Source: an uncultured cyanobacterium
GTDB taxonomy: Bacteria; Cyanobacteriota; Cyanobacteriia; PCC-9006; JAAUQQ01
NCBI GenBank assembly: GCA_963718615.1
Contig: OY970368.1
Coordinates: 928,001-992,000, forward strand
DNA length: 64,000 bases
Direction of reading: 5' to 3'
Made by a program: the position numbers and the translations under genes. Within the stretch, counting starts at the first letter, position 1, and the number at the start of each line of letters is the position of its first letter. Below are positions 20,635 to 30,758 of the stretch, piece by piece. Under the pieces are notes generated by a model that did not search any database, was not told the origin of the DNA, and saw only the letters and a list, made by a program, of their open reading frames with translations.

Positions 20635-21606
20635 ATGGAAAACCGGCCTAAGAAGCTCCTAGAACAGGTTAGTGAGCAAATTCGCCTTAAACACTACTCT
20701 TATCGTACCGAGGAAACCTATATTCAGTGGATAAAACGTTACATTCTGTTTCACAATAAGCGTCATCCTAAGGATATGGGAGTCCCAGAAATTGAAGCAT
20801 TCCTAGGCCATCTGGCTGTCGAGGGAAAAGTCGCAGCCTCAACCCAAAATCAAGCGCTCAGCGCAATACTTTTCCTCTATCAACACGTCCTCAAACAAGA
20901 CCTAGACGGGCAAGTTGATGCAATCCGAGCCAAACGCCCTCACTACTTGCCGACTGTTCTTACCCCAGAAGAAGTTCGGGCCATCCTAACCCAGATGTCT
21001 GGCGTTCACCGACTCATTGTTCAAATCCTCTACGGGAGTGGTCTTAGGCAGACTGAATGTCTGAAATTACGCGTGAAAGACCTCGATTTCCAACAATCTC
21101 AAATTATTGTCAGGATGGGCAAAGGTGGCAAAGACCGCGTCACACCACTTCCTCAAAAGCTCACTGAGCCCCTACAGGAACACCTCCAAGCCATTCGCCG
21201 CCTCCACCAGCAAGATCTAGACCGTGGCTATGGACAAGTTCCACTCCCTTTTGCTATGGCCAAAAAACATCCTCATGCAGGACGGGACTGGCTCTGGCAG
21301 TTTGTCTTTCCGGCCATCAATATCAAAAAAGACGATAGTGCTCCCTTCCCTTACCGCCATCCACTCCACGAAACAGGTATCCAAAAAGCGCTCAAAGCAG
21401 CAACCTGTCTTGCAGGAATACAAAAGCGTGTGAGTTGCCACACCTTCCGCCACAGCTTCGCCCCCCATCTCCTACAAAACGGCTACGACATCCGCACCGT
21501 CCAAGAACTGTTGGGCCACAAAGATGTCAAGACAACCATGATCTACACCCATGTCCTCAATCGCGGAGGCCGAGGCGTTCGCAGTCCACTGGATATCACC
21601 TCGTAA
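20635..21606 (+). CDS. intI: Integron integrase (tyrosine recombinase)
   Basis: [42 protein letters not shown], integron-specific insert ([19 protein letters not shown]), HTFRHSF, LLGH, IYTHV. Confidence 0.96.
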   Translation: MENRPKKLLEQVSEQIRLKHYSYRTEETYIQWIKRYILFHNKRHPKDMGVPEIEAFLGHLAVEGKVAASTQNQALSAILFLYQHVLKQDLDGQVDAIRAKRPHYLPTVLTPEEVRAILTQMSGVHRLIVQILYGSGLRQTECLKLRVKDLDFQQSQIIVRMGKGGKDRVTPLPQKLTEPLQEHLQAIRRLHQQDLDRGYGQVPLPFAMAKKHPHAGRDWLWQFVFPAINIKKDDSAPFPYRHPLHETGIQKALKAATCLAGIQKRVSCHTFRHSFAPHLLQNGYDIRTVQELLGHKDVKTTMIYTHVLNRGGRGVRSPLDITS

Positions 21607-22759
21607 TCTGGTCCACCACCCACCGAGCCGAAGCCGGAGCCAACAAAACACCATTGCGATAATGGCCCGTCGCCAGCAAAACATTGTCATAGCCCTGGAG
21701 CGTTTCCAAAATCGGAGCCGGACGGCCCTGGGGGCGGGGACGCAGACCCGACCAAGCGCGGACGATTTCCCCCTGGGCGAGGTCCGGGCAGAGCGCGATC
21801 GCCCCCCGCCACACCTGATCCAGCAAAGATTTATCCGCGATCGCCGCCATCCCCCCATCATCCGGCAATTCCACCGTCGCTCCCACCCAATATTCCGCCG
21901 CCTTAGGCGAAAGTTCCGTCTCCGTCATCCAGGGCTTCAGGAGCGGCACGATATGAATATCCTGGCCCGTAACCACCGGTTGCAGATGATCACCGCCCAA
22001 GGGCCGAGGCAACCACACCTGCAAGGCTTGGCCTAACACCGGACGAACCTCCAAAGGCGTTTGCAAACAACGGGTCAACGCCATCGAGCCCAACCCAGCG
22101 GTGATCACGACAATATCTGCCGGTTCAGAATCCTCCGCCCAGCAGACCTGGGTACAGTGGAGCAACGGGGAATCGAGGGCATCGGACGGGTTGGGGGTCA
22201 GGGTCGTGAGAAAAGCATCCACGGCGGCATCAAACCGGAAGCGTACGCCTCGCCGTTGGGCCGCTGTGACGAGGGCTTGGGTGAGCGCGGTGGGATCGAC
22301 CTGGCGATCGCCCTCAGAATACACCCCACCGATCAAATCTGGTCGCTGAGCATTGACTTGGGGATAGCGCTCCTGGAGGCGATCGCGGTCGAGGAGTTCC
22401 AGGGCAAAGCCCTGGTCTTGGCGGCTGGTTTGGAGCGATCGCCACCGCTCCCAGTCATCCCCCTCAAACAGCAATTTCAAAATGCCCTGGCGATTAAACG
22501 GCACATGCTGACCCGTCGCCGCTTCGAGCTCTGGAATCAGTTGCTCATAGCGCGCCAGACTCTCCCGCCGCAGTTGCCACTGGCGTCCTTTGACCTTATG
22601 GCTGATCACGCCCATGAGTACCCCCAAAGCCGCCGCCGTGCAGGCTTGGGCCGGGGGCTGGCGATCGAGCACCGTAATCTTTAATCCTGGAATATGGCTG
22701 AGTTCATAGGCCGTCATTGCCCCTACAACCCCGCAGCCGATAAGAGTCACCCGAGTCAC
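21596..22759 (-). CDS. FAD-dependent oxidoreductase (DAO/ThiO-like)
   Basis: IGCGVVG Rossmann motif, [22 protein letters not shown]. Confidence 0.9.
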   Translation of the reverse strand: MTRVTLIGCGVVGAMTAYELSHIPGLKITVLDRQPPAQACTAAALGVLMGVISHKVKGRQWQLRRESLARYEQLIPELEAATGQHVPFNRQGILKLLFEGDDWERWRSLQTSRQDQGFALELLDRDRLQERYPQVNAQRPDLIGGVYSEGDRQVDPTALTQALVTAAQRRGVRFRFDAAVDAFLTTLTPNPSDALDSPLLHCTQVCWAEDSEPADIVVITAGLGSMALTRCLQTPLEVRPVLGQALQVWLPRPLGGDHLQPVVTGQDIHIVPLLKPWMTETELSPKAAEYWVGATVELPDDGGMAAIADKSLLDQVWRGAIALCPDLAQGEIVRAWSGLRPRPQGRPAPILETLQGYDNVLLATGHYRNGVLLAPASARWVVDQITR

Positions 22760-22879
22760 GTCCGTCCGTCCCCTTAAGGATTCGCTTTAATCATGAGACC
22801 CCACCGCCATCCGTTTGGGTAGGAGACGATGGGGTCAATGGGCATAGGGGGTATCACCCCATAAAGCTGGTTTGGGCGT

Positions 22880-24301
22880 CTATTCACCGTTGGAGGGGTC
22901 GGAGGTTGTGGCGATCGCCGCTTCTGCCGGTTGAACCGCAACCTCACCGCTGTCTCGATCAAAGGCAAACCGCAACAGCGGCGGAGCCAGGAACGTCGTC
23001 AAAATCACCATGACGATAATCGCCGCATTCAGCGAATCCGACAGGGCTCCACTGGCCGCGCCAACCCCAGCAAAGACCAAGCCCACCTCGCCCCGAGGAA
23101 TCATGCCAAAACCAATGGCTAGCTTGTTGACCTTTTCCGGGCCAAAGACCGTAAAGCCAGTGACAACCTTACCGATAATCGCCACGACAATCAAAAAGGC
23201 CGCAATAATCAAGCCCTCGCGGTTGCTTGGGTCCATCGGATTGAGCACCGACAGCTCGGTTTTGGCCCCGACACTGATGAAGAAAATCGGCACCAACACA
23301 TCGGCGATCGGCACCACCTGTTCTTCTAGCTCATGGCGTTTTTCGGTTTCGCCCAAAATCAAGCCCGCCGCAAAGGCTCCCAGAATCGCCTCTAGGTGAA
23401 TGACTGCACCGATATAGGACAACACCAGCGCCACGATCAGCGCCGCCACCAGGAGCTGACCGCGAGTTTTCATTTCGTTGACTACGCCCAGAAAATAGGG
23501 AGCCAACAGCCGCCCCACCACAATCGTGCCGATCAAAAAGGCCGCCGCGCTAAAAATCAGCAGCGCCACGTTGGTGAGCTTCACTTCGCCGGTTTTGGCC
23601 AAGCTCGCCACCACCGCCAGGACCACAATCCCGAGAATATCGTCGAGAATCGCCGCGCCAATAATAATTTGGCCTTCCCGCGAGCTGAGCTGGCGTAGTT
23701 CTGACAACACCTTGGCGGTAATGCCAATACTCGTTGCCGTCAGCGCCGCCCCCGCAAAGATCGCCGGGACCGTGGGCATGTTAAACAGCGCAATCAACCC
23801 CAGTGTCCCCAGGGCAAAGGGCGTCACCACCCCCACCACAGCCACCACGGCAGCCTGGGGACCGACCTTGATGAGTTCCTTCAGGTCCGACTCTAGGCCA
23901 ATTTCAAACAGGAGCAAAATAACCCCCATCTCGGCCAAGACGGAGATAACTTCACTTTGGGCCTTAAAGACCTCGGTGGCGATCGCCGGGGTCAATCCCG
24001 CTGTCTTTTCCAACATGCCGATCAGCATCGAGTCGGCGGCAACGGCTCCAGATTCCGGGAAGACCAGCAGATGCAGGGCCGAAACCCCCACCACCACGCC
24101 CCCCACCAATTCTCCGAGAACCGGCGGCAGATTAATGCGAGCACAGAGCTCCCCGCCAATTTTGCTGGCCAAAAAGACCACGACTAAACTGAGCAAAACC
24201 CCGGCAAGGACCAGCGGTGCCACTTCAGCCGAGGGGGCCTCGGCGGCTTCGGCCAAAAACCGCAGAGGCGTAAGGGTAGACGGAAGATCAAAAACGGACA
24301 T
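22880..24301 (-). CDS. Na+/H+ antiporter (CPA2, NhaS3-like)
   Basis: Multiple TM helices, LLFEIGLESD, ATSIGIT, IIGAAILDD, GMIPRGEVGL; ATG at 24301 preferred. Confidence 0.93.
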   Translation of the reverse strand: MSVFDLPSTLTPLRFLAEAAEAPSAEVAPLVLAGVLLSLVVVFLASKIGGELCARINLPPVLGELVGGVVVGVSALHLLVFPESGAVAADSMLIGMLEKTAGLTPAIATEVFKAQSEVISVLAEMGVILLLFEIGLESDLKELIKVGPQAAVVAVVGVVTPFALGTLGLIALFNMPTVPAIFAGAALTATSIGITAKVLSELRQLSSREGQIIIGAAILDDILGIVVLAVVASLAKTGEVKLTNVALLIFSAAAFLIGTIVVGRLLAPYFLGVVNEMKTRGQLLVAALIVALVLSYIGAVIHLEAILGAFAAGLILGETEKRHELEEQVVPIADVLVPIFFISVGAKTELSVLNPMDPSNREGLIIAAFLIVVAIIGKVVTGFTVFGPEKVNKLAIGFGMIPRGEVGLVFAGVGAASGALSDSLNAAIIVMVILTTFLAPPLLRFAFDRDSGEVAVQPAEAAIATTSDPSNGE

Positions 24302-24551
24302 GATAAATCGGTCCTGCAAACCGGTTTGCTTTGACGGTTCACTGAGGCGAATCACCTAGGCGAATCACCCAGTGAACGGAAACTATCAGAAACTATCAAT
24401 TGAGCTGGGCAATTGAAATCCCCTCAACAATGGGTTTATTTTCTATCAACCTGAGGATTTTGGCCCATCTGCTTCTGGATCCATTGGATTTGATCATCAA
24501 TGGGTTAAGTTATTTCTTCAGCTATCCGTTACACAATCCCTCGGCGATCGC

Positions 24552-25370
24552 TTAAGCAAAAATGCGGTGCTGGAGTGACGGCATTTGTCGACGCACCTGG
24601 CTGAGACGGTTGGGGTCGATGGGGGCGATCGCCACCCCCGGTTTTTCTCCAGCGTCTGCCAAAATCACCCCCCAGGGATCCACAATCATGGCGTGGCCGT
24701 GGGTTTGACGACGGGCGTAGTGCTGGCCGGTCTGGGCTGGAGCAATGATGTAGCACGTATTTTCGATCGCCCGCGCCTGGAGCAAAATCTTCCAGTGGTC
24801 CTTGCCCGTATAGGCCGTAAACGCCGCCGGGACAAACAGGACCTCCGCACCAGTTTTGGACAAATGGCGATAGAGTTCCGGGAAGCGCACGTCATAGCAA
24901 ACCGAGAGCCCTAGCTTGCCAAACTGTTCGGAATCCACTAAAACGGGCAATTGGCGACCGGGCTGGACCGTGCTGGATTCCCGGTAGGTATTGCCATCGG
25001 GCAGATCTACATCAAACAGGTGAACCTTTTCGTAGCGGCTGAGATCTTGGCCATCGGGACCCACAAGTAGCGCCGTGTTGTGCACTTGGCCTTGGCCCAC
25101 AGGCACCGGGAAGCCGCCCCCTAGGATCGTCACCTGGTAGCGCTGGGCCATGGTTTTGAGGAATTTGCTGGCGTCCTGGGCGATCGCCCCCGCCTGGGCA
25201 ATTTTTTCTTCTTCTTCGCCCATAAAGGCAAAGTTCTCGGGGAGACTGATCAGCTCGGCCCCCTGGTGAACCGCCAGATCGATTAGTTCTTCTGCCTGAA
25301 CTAGGTTTTTCGCCAGGTTTGGCAGACTGGTCATTTGAATGGCAGCGGCCAGATAAGACTTCATGGGCAT
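24552..25370 (-). CDS. Carbon-nitrogen hydrolase (Nit1-like amidase)
   Basis: Catalytic triad motifs LPENF, YEKVHLFD, VCYDVRFPE; ARAIEN. Confidence 0.93.
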   Translation of the reverse strand: MPMKSYLAAAIQMTSLPNLAKNLVQAEELIDLAVHQGAELISLPENFAFMGEEEEKIAQAGAIAQDASKFLKTMAQRYQVTILGGGFPVPVGQGQVHNTALLVGPDGQDLSRYEKVHLFDVDLPDGNTYRESSTVQPGRQLPVLVDSEQFGKLGLSVCYDVRFPELYRHLSKTGAEVLFVPAAFTAYTGKDHWKILLQARAIENTCYIIAPAQTGQHYARRQTHGHAMIVDPWGVILADAGEKPGVAIAPIDPNRLSQVRRQMPSLQHRIFA

Positions 25371-25577
25371 GGGACGAGGAGTAAGGTGAGGGATAGATTA
25401 CCTCTAGGTTTCACCGGACAATAACCGTTTTTAGCAGCTCAAGCGAAAATCTCCAGCGGTACCGATCGGCGTCAAATCCCGAACAGGGATTATAGTTCAA
25501 ACCCGTGACTCCTGTTGTATTCCCACTGTTTTATTCCGACTATCCATTACTGCGAACCTTTTGCGGTTACTCGAAAT

Positions 25578-26204
25578 ATGTTGAATCGTTCTGTGAGGCT
25601 GGAGGCGATCGCCTCCCTTCTGACGGGTGTTTTCCGAAACCCGGACCAAGCCTTGGAAAATCCAGCTTGGTTTGTCCATTTGCAGCTTTGGCAGCGCCGA
25701 ACGCCGCTATTCGCAGCGGATAGTGTGACGTTGTTTTTGGAACAGGCCAATGTGCTTTATCTGGATCGGCCCTATCGTCAACGGCTGCTGCGACTAACGG
25801 AGGAAGCTGGCCAGGTTTGGGGGCAGTATTACCAGTTCCAGGATTTTTCCCGATGGCGGGGTTGTGGGGAAGCGTCGGAGCGATTGCAGGGGCTGATGCT
25901 GGCGGATGTGGCGGAGTTGCCCGGTTGTCGAGTGGCGATCGCCCCAGTCCCAACCGGAGACCCAACCAGAGACCCGACCGGAGACCCGACGGAAGAATGG
26001 CAGGCGCGGCTCGTACCGGGAGGCTGTTGCGAATTTGAGTACGAGGGTCAAAAGCGCCAGGTTTTAGTGGGGTTTGATGTGGCAGAAACTGAGGCAGGGG
26101 TGAGTCTCAAAACCTATGATAAGGGCATCGATCCGGAGACGGGGCAGGGGCTATGGGGCGCGTTGATGGGTCCCTATGAGTTTTGGAAGCTGGGAGACCG
26201 TTAA
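25578..26204 (+). CDS. Phycobiliprotein chromophore lyase, CpcT/CpeT family
   Basis: N..QA.ENP.WFVH, EQA......PYRQR, LPGC, YDKGIDPETG..LWGA..GPYEF. Confidence 0.9.
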   Translation: MLNRSVRLEAIASLLTGVFRNPDQALENPAWFVHLQLWQRRTPLFAADSVTLFLEQANVLYLDRPYRQRLLRLTEEAGQVWGQYYQFQDFSRWRGCGEASERLQGLMLADVAELPGCRVAIAPVPTGDPTRDPTGDPTEEWQARLVPGGCCEFEYEGQKRQVLVGFDVAETEAGVSLKTYDKGIDPETGQGLWGALMGPYEFWKLGDR

Positions 26205-26265
26205 AGGAGATCGTTCAAGGAGATTGTTAAAATAGGAATATTGCTGTCTTGCTCAGGAGATTGCT

Positions 26266-26643
26266 ATGCAACCGATCCCAAAATCTTATTCGGACACGCC
26301 CGCATCCCTTGCTTCACCATCCCCTGCTTCAGTGCCGCCCCCAACTGCCGACCCTTGGGCAGAAGCACTGCCAGCAGAAGCACAATCCGTGGAAAATCCG
26401 TCCGTGGAAAATCCGTCCGAGCCTTCCGCCTTGCTCGACTCTCCAGCCTTTCCGCTGCTTTTGCTAATTTGTATGGCAGTAGTGGTCGTCCAGGCTGCCG
26501 TTGAGCTCCTCGTGGAACTGGGTGTGGTCCTTGTGGTTTTGGTTCAATGGGGCGTCCGTCGCTATCAAGCGCAGGGGCACAGCAATCAACCGCCCTTTGG
26601 CGAAACTTCTGTTGCTCATCTGGCCCCTCTCGCCATGAGTTAG
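26266..26643 (+). CDS. Hypothetical membrane protein
   Basis: ATG ORF with a hydrophobic C-terminal segment. Confidence 0.5.
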   Translation: MQPIPKSYSDTPASLASPSPASVPPPTADPWAEALPAEAQSVENPSVENPSEPSALLDSPAFPLLLLICMAVVVVQAAVELLVELGVVLVVLVQWGVRRYQAQGHSNQPPFGETSVAHLAPLAMS

Positions 26644-26684
26644 TACTTGAGTTAATACAGGGGGGATGGTGGGTTGCATCGCCC

Positions 26685-28127
26685 CTAGCGCCTTGGTTGC
26701 CGATACCACTGTGCTAAGCGATCGCCTGAAATCCCCACCCGATAGCCCAAAATCATGAGTTGATTCAGCATCGTCGTCCGCACAATGCCAAGCTTTTGCC
26801 AGCGCCGAGCCGAAGTGGTGACCGCTGCGGGGGCGATCGCCACCTTCCCCTGCCGTCTCACCCGCTGCATCAACTCAAAATCTTCCATAATCGGTAAATC
26901 CGCAAACCCGCCCAGGGCCTCAAACACCGAGCGCTTGAGGAAAATTCCCTGGTCCCCGTAGGGCAATTGGAAAAACCGCGATCGCCACTGTACCCCCCGT
27001 TCAATCCAGCGCAGTTTGGGATCCGGTCCGTCAATGCGCAATTGAAAGGCACCGGCCATGACGCCGGGTTGGTTGAGGACTGTTTGGGCGATCGCCTCAA
27101 ACTGCTCTGGCAATTCCGTATCCGCATGGAGGAACAGTAAAATTTCCCCATGGGCCAAGGCCGCGCCGCGATTGAGCTGTCGGGCTCGACCGCCGGTTTC
27201 GATGATGACCCTTGTGCCTTGGGTTTGGGCGATGGCCACGGTATTGTCGGTGCTGCCGCCGTCGCAGATGATCAGTTCCGCCTGGGGGGCGATCGCTCGC
27301 AGTCGGGTTAAGAGCCGGGGTAAGTTTTCCGCTTCGTTGTGGGTGGGAATGATCACCGAAATCGAAGGGCGGGGTCGGATGGGAAGCGTCCAATCCTCCG
27401 GGCGGTACATCTCCCACACTGGCAAATCCTCGGGATAGTCCACATCCTGGAGGGGTTGAAGTTGCGCCACCTGCAAGCCTTGGACCGAGGCCCGAGCCAA
27501 GGTCTCCGCTAAAACTTGCTCCGTTCCCCAAGCCATCTCTGCCAATAGGGCCGGAACCGCCTGGGCAAAGGCTTCGGCGCGCAGACCAATGAGGTAATAG
27601 CCGCCATCTAAGGCTGGTCCTAGGACTAAATCTTGGTTGTCTAAGCGTTCAAAGGCTTGACTCAAGAGCTCAGGGGTGATGCCGGGACAGTCGATGCCGA
27701 TAATCACAATCCGTTTGCTGGCTGCGGCAAATCCTGCTTGAAAGGCTTGGGCCATGCGATCGCCCAAATCCCCCGTCGCCTGGGGCCGATATTCCCACTG
27801 GGGTCCTAGCCAGGATTGCAGGCGATCGCCATCTCCCCCCGCAAATAGCACCTGAACCTGCGTATTCTTAACCGGGGAATCTTCAACCGGGGAATCTTCA
27901 ACCGGGGAATCCTGGGCCGGGTCTAAGGCTTGCCACTGAGCCACCGTTTGCAGCGTATGCTCCGTCATTTGCCGCTGCAAGTCTGCCGCTCCCGCCGCCC
28001 CCAGGGCTGGAATCAGTCGAGTTTTCGTTGTGCCCGGTTCGGGATAGCGAGTAAAGACGATCAGTTGGTTGAGTCCTTGGCGCGATCGCGACTCCGGTGA
28101 CGGCCCTAGCGCTGACACTGCTGACAC
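26685..28127 (-). CDS. Fused DUF2064 (TIGR04282-like) and GT2 (TIGR04283-like) glycosyltransferase
   Basis: FTRYPEPGTTKTRL, GDLGDRM, IGIDCP, LGPALDGGYYLIG, then SVIIPTHNE, FLHADT, PYGDQG, IMED, TSARRW. Confidence 0.9.
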   Translation of the reverse strand: MSAVSALGPSPESRSRQGLNQLIVFTRYPEPGTTKTRLIPALGAAGAADLQRQMTEHTLQTVAQWQALDPAQDSPVEDSPVEDSPVKNTQVQVLFAGGDGDRLQSWLGPQWEYRPQATGDLGDRMAQAFQAGFAAASKRIVIIGIDCPGITPELLSQAFERLDNQDLVLGPALDGGYYLIGLRAEAFAQAVPALLAEMAWGTEQVLAETLARASVQGLQVAQLQPLQDVDYPEDLPVWEMYRPEDWTLPIRPRPSISVIIPTHNEAENLPRLLTRLRAIAPQAELIICDGGSTDNTVAIAQTQGTRVIIETGGRARQLNRGAALAHGEILLFLHADTELPEQFEAIAQTVLNQPGVMAGAFQLRIDGPDPKLRWIERGVQWRSRFFQLPYGDQGIFLKRSVFEALGGFADLPIMEDFELMQRVRRQGKVAIAPAAVTTSARRWQKLGIVRTTMLNQLMILGYRVGISGDRLAQWYRQPRR

Positions 28128-28128
28128 T

Positions 28129-28686
28129 TTAAATCACCGCCTCCGATTCCGGTTCCTGCAAGGGCTGGGTCAACCGTTCAAATTCCTGTTCGGTCACCAG
28201 ATGTCCCGGCTCTTCCCGATTCACCCGATCGATAAATAAAATGCCGTCCAGATGGTCCAGCTCATGCTGAAAAATCCGAGCGATGAAGCCTTGGAAATGC
28301 GATCGCGTCAGATTCCCCCCCCGATCCACATATTCCACCTGAATTGACCGAGCCCGCAATACCTGCCCCCGCCGATTCGGCACACTCAAACAGCCCTCCC
28401 AACCCAGCTCTTCTGCCTCCGATCGGTCTACCAAACAGGGATTAATCATCGCCGTCGGCTCCATCTCCGGCGCATCGGGATAGCGAGGATTGGGCCGCGA
28501 CGCCACAATAAACAGCCGCTGGGGCACCGCCAGTTGGGGAGCCGCAATGCCTACCCCATCCTTTTTTTGCATCATCCCCATTAGGTCCTCAATCAATCGC
28601 TGAACCTGGGGGGATTCGGGGTTTGCGATCGCCTCCGCCACCCGCCGCAACCGCCGATCCCCCACCCGAATTAAACGTCTCATCAT
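28129..28686 (-). CDS. def: Peptide deformylase
   Basis: GVGIAAPQ, EGCLSV, QHELDHLDG. Confidence 0.96.
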   Translation of the reverse strand: MMRRLIRVGDRRLRRVAEAIANPESPQVQRLIEDLMGMMQKKDGVGIAAPQLAVPQRLFIVASRPNPRYPDAPEMEPTAMINPCLVDRSEAEELGWEGCLSVPNRRGQVLRARSIQVEYVDRGGNLTRSHFQGFIARIFQHELDHLDGILFIDRVNREEPGHLVTEQEFERLTQPLQEPESEAVI

Positions 28687-28746
28687 GGTGATTATTTTTC
28701 CCGTTTCCCGCGTCCGTCCTCTGCCCTGCGACTGTCCTCTATCCTG

Positions 28747-30084
28747 CTACCGCTGATTTTCCCGGCGCTCTGCCAACTCCGCTGGCTTCACGCTCAACTG
28801 CAAGATCTTTCCCTGGCGATTGACCTCAACCGGCAAATCCTTGCCCACATTTCCCTCCGCTACCCGGTCTTGTACATCCTGGGCGGTTTTGACCCCTTTG
28901 CCACTTACCTTTTGGAGCACATCCCCAGGCCGCAGCCCCGCCAGTTCCGCCGGAGATTTGGGCACTACTCGGGCGATTAAAACCCCGTCTTCCTGGGAGA
29001 TCTCAAACCCCACATTGGGATTGGAGCGAATCTGCTCGACCAAATCCGGGGTCAGCGTCAGCATTTGAATTCCCAAAAAAGGATGCTCCACCTTGCCCTT
29101 GCTAATCAACTGCTCCGCCAACCGTTGGGCCGTATTGATCGGAATCGAAAACCCTAGCCCTTGGGCATCGCCAATGATCGCCGTATTCATCCCAATCACC
29201 TCGCCCCGATCGTTCAGCAGCGGCCCCCCCGAGTTCCCTGGATTAATGGCCGCATCGGTTTGAATAAAGCCCACCCGCTTATCTGGAACGCCCACCTCTG
29301 AGCTGCTGCGTCCAGTGGCGCTGATAATGCCGACTGTCACCGTATTGTCTAGACCGAGGGGATTGCCGATGGCGATCGCCCATTCCCCCGGCAAAAGCTG
29401 ATCCGAATTTCCTAGGGGTACCGTCGGCAAGGTCACCGCATTAATTTTGATAACGGCCACATCGGTTACCGTATCTTGACCTAACACCTTGCCTTCAAAA
29501 CTGCGGCCATCCTTGAGTTTGACCTTGACCCGTTCTGCCCCTTCCACCACATGGGCATTGGTCAAAATTACGCCATCCTGACGAATGATAAATCCCGATC
29601 CCGACCCTTCCTGCACCCGCTCCGGGGGCTGAGCCCGTCGCCCGAAAAATTCCCGAAACAGGGGATCCTCAAAGATCTCAGGCATCCCCGTGCGCACCGT
29701 CCGCGACGCATCGATCCGCACAACCGCTGGACCCACCCGCTGCACCGCACTCACAATAAAATTCTCCTCCCCCTGCGCCGCCACCGGGCGAGTTTGCAGC
29801 GCCGCAGACACCAGCGCTGGATTAGGCGTACCCCCACCAGGCTCCGGTGTCGCTTCCGCTAGGATCTGGGGCGTGCGCCCTAGGCTCCAGGGGTTCCAAT
29901 GGCCAGACTGGGCGGCCCGCAGACCCGCTAAGGTTGCGCCGACGCCCACGAGCAACGAGAACAATGCAATCGGCCAGATGTTGTTTTTGCCCGAACGCCT
30001 TGGCGCGCCAGACCCGTGGTTGTCCTGGGGCGATCGCGACGAAGAAGAAAAACTGTTAGAAGAATCAGAAGGCGTAGGTCTCAT
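28747..30084 (-). CDS. HtrA/HhoA family serine protease with PDZ domain
   Basis: GSGSGFI, TNAHVV, DVAVIKI, QTDAAINPGNSGGPL. Confidence 0.95.
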   Translation of the reverse strand: MRPTPSDSSNSFSSSSRSPQDNHGSGAPRRSGKNNIWPIALFSLLVGVGATLAGLRAAQSGHWNPWSLGRTPQILAEATPEPGGGTPNPALVSAALQTRPVAAQGEENFIVSAVQRVGPAVVRIDASRTVRTGMPEIFEDPLFREFFGRRAQPPERVQEGSGSGFIIRQDGVILTNAHVVEGAERVKVKLKDGRSFEGKVLGQDTVTDVAVIKINAVTLPTVPLGNSDQLLPGEWAIAIGNPLGLDNTVTVGIISATGRSSSEVGVPDKRVGFIQTDAAINPGNSGGPLLNDRGEVIGMNTAIIGDAQGLGFSIPINTAQRLAEQLISKGKVEHPFLGIQMLTLTPDLVEQIRSNPNVGFEISQEDGVLIARVVPKSPAELAGLRPGDVLQKVSGKGVKTAQDVQDRVAEGNVGKDLPVEVNRQGKILQLSVKPAELAERRENQR

Positions 30085-30758
30085 AGGGAGCAACAAAAGT
30101 CCTCAAAATGCACCGAAGGAAAATCTAGCCAGACCGTTAGTCTAAGGGACCATCTCTACATCGCTCTGCCGACGCAACGCTGGACTTGAAGATAGCCTTG
30201 GGTAGGCCTTGGGTATGGCCTTGAATATCAAGATTTATCATTCTGGCTAGCCTCTCGCCGGACAATGCTGACAGAATAGCGCTTGCCAATGGCTCTATTC
30301 CCTAAACCCACTTTTCCCCTCACGCTCTGATTCTATCGCCCGATGCTCGCTCCTGAGACCCTGCTTCTCTTTGACCGGACGCTTGCAGGTTTGTCGTGAA
30401 ATTCAGTATAATTACGTAAATATCATGATGAACGCAATCCCTTTTCTTGCCTCAGCCCTCGGTTTTTCTATGGGGCTAGATGGGGTAACTTGATAGACTC
30501 TGGGTGAGGTTTTTTGCTTAATCCCAGGGAGGCACACAGTAGCTTAGGTCAGTAGCTGGAGCCCCCCGCTGATCTGTTGCCCCGCTGGCCCGGTCGGCGA
30601 ATATCCGTGTTTTTGCGAGGATGCTGGTTTTTGAGTCTGACCCCTGGGCTGATTTCTGGGGCGATCGCTTGTCGCCGGGTTTAATCACCTGTCCCTTAAA
30701 TCATGCTCCTGAATCAGGCTCCGTTTTCGTCGTTTCCGGTTCACAGTAGGCAGTTAAC

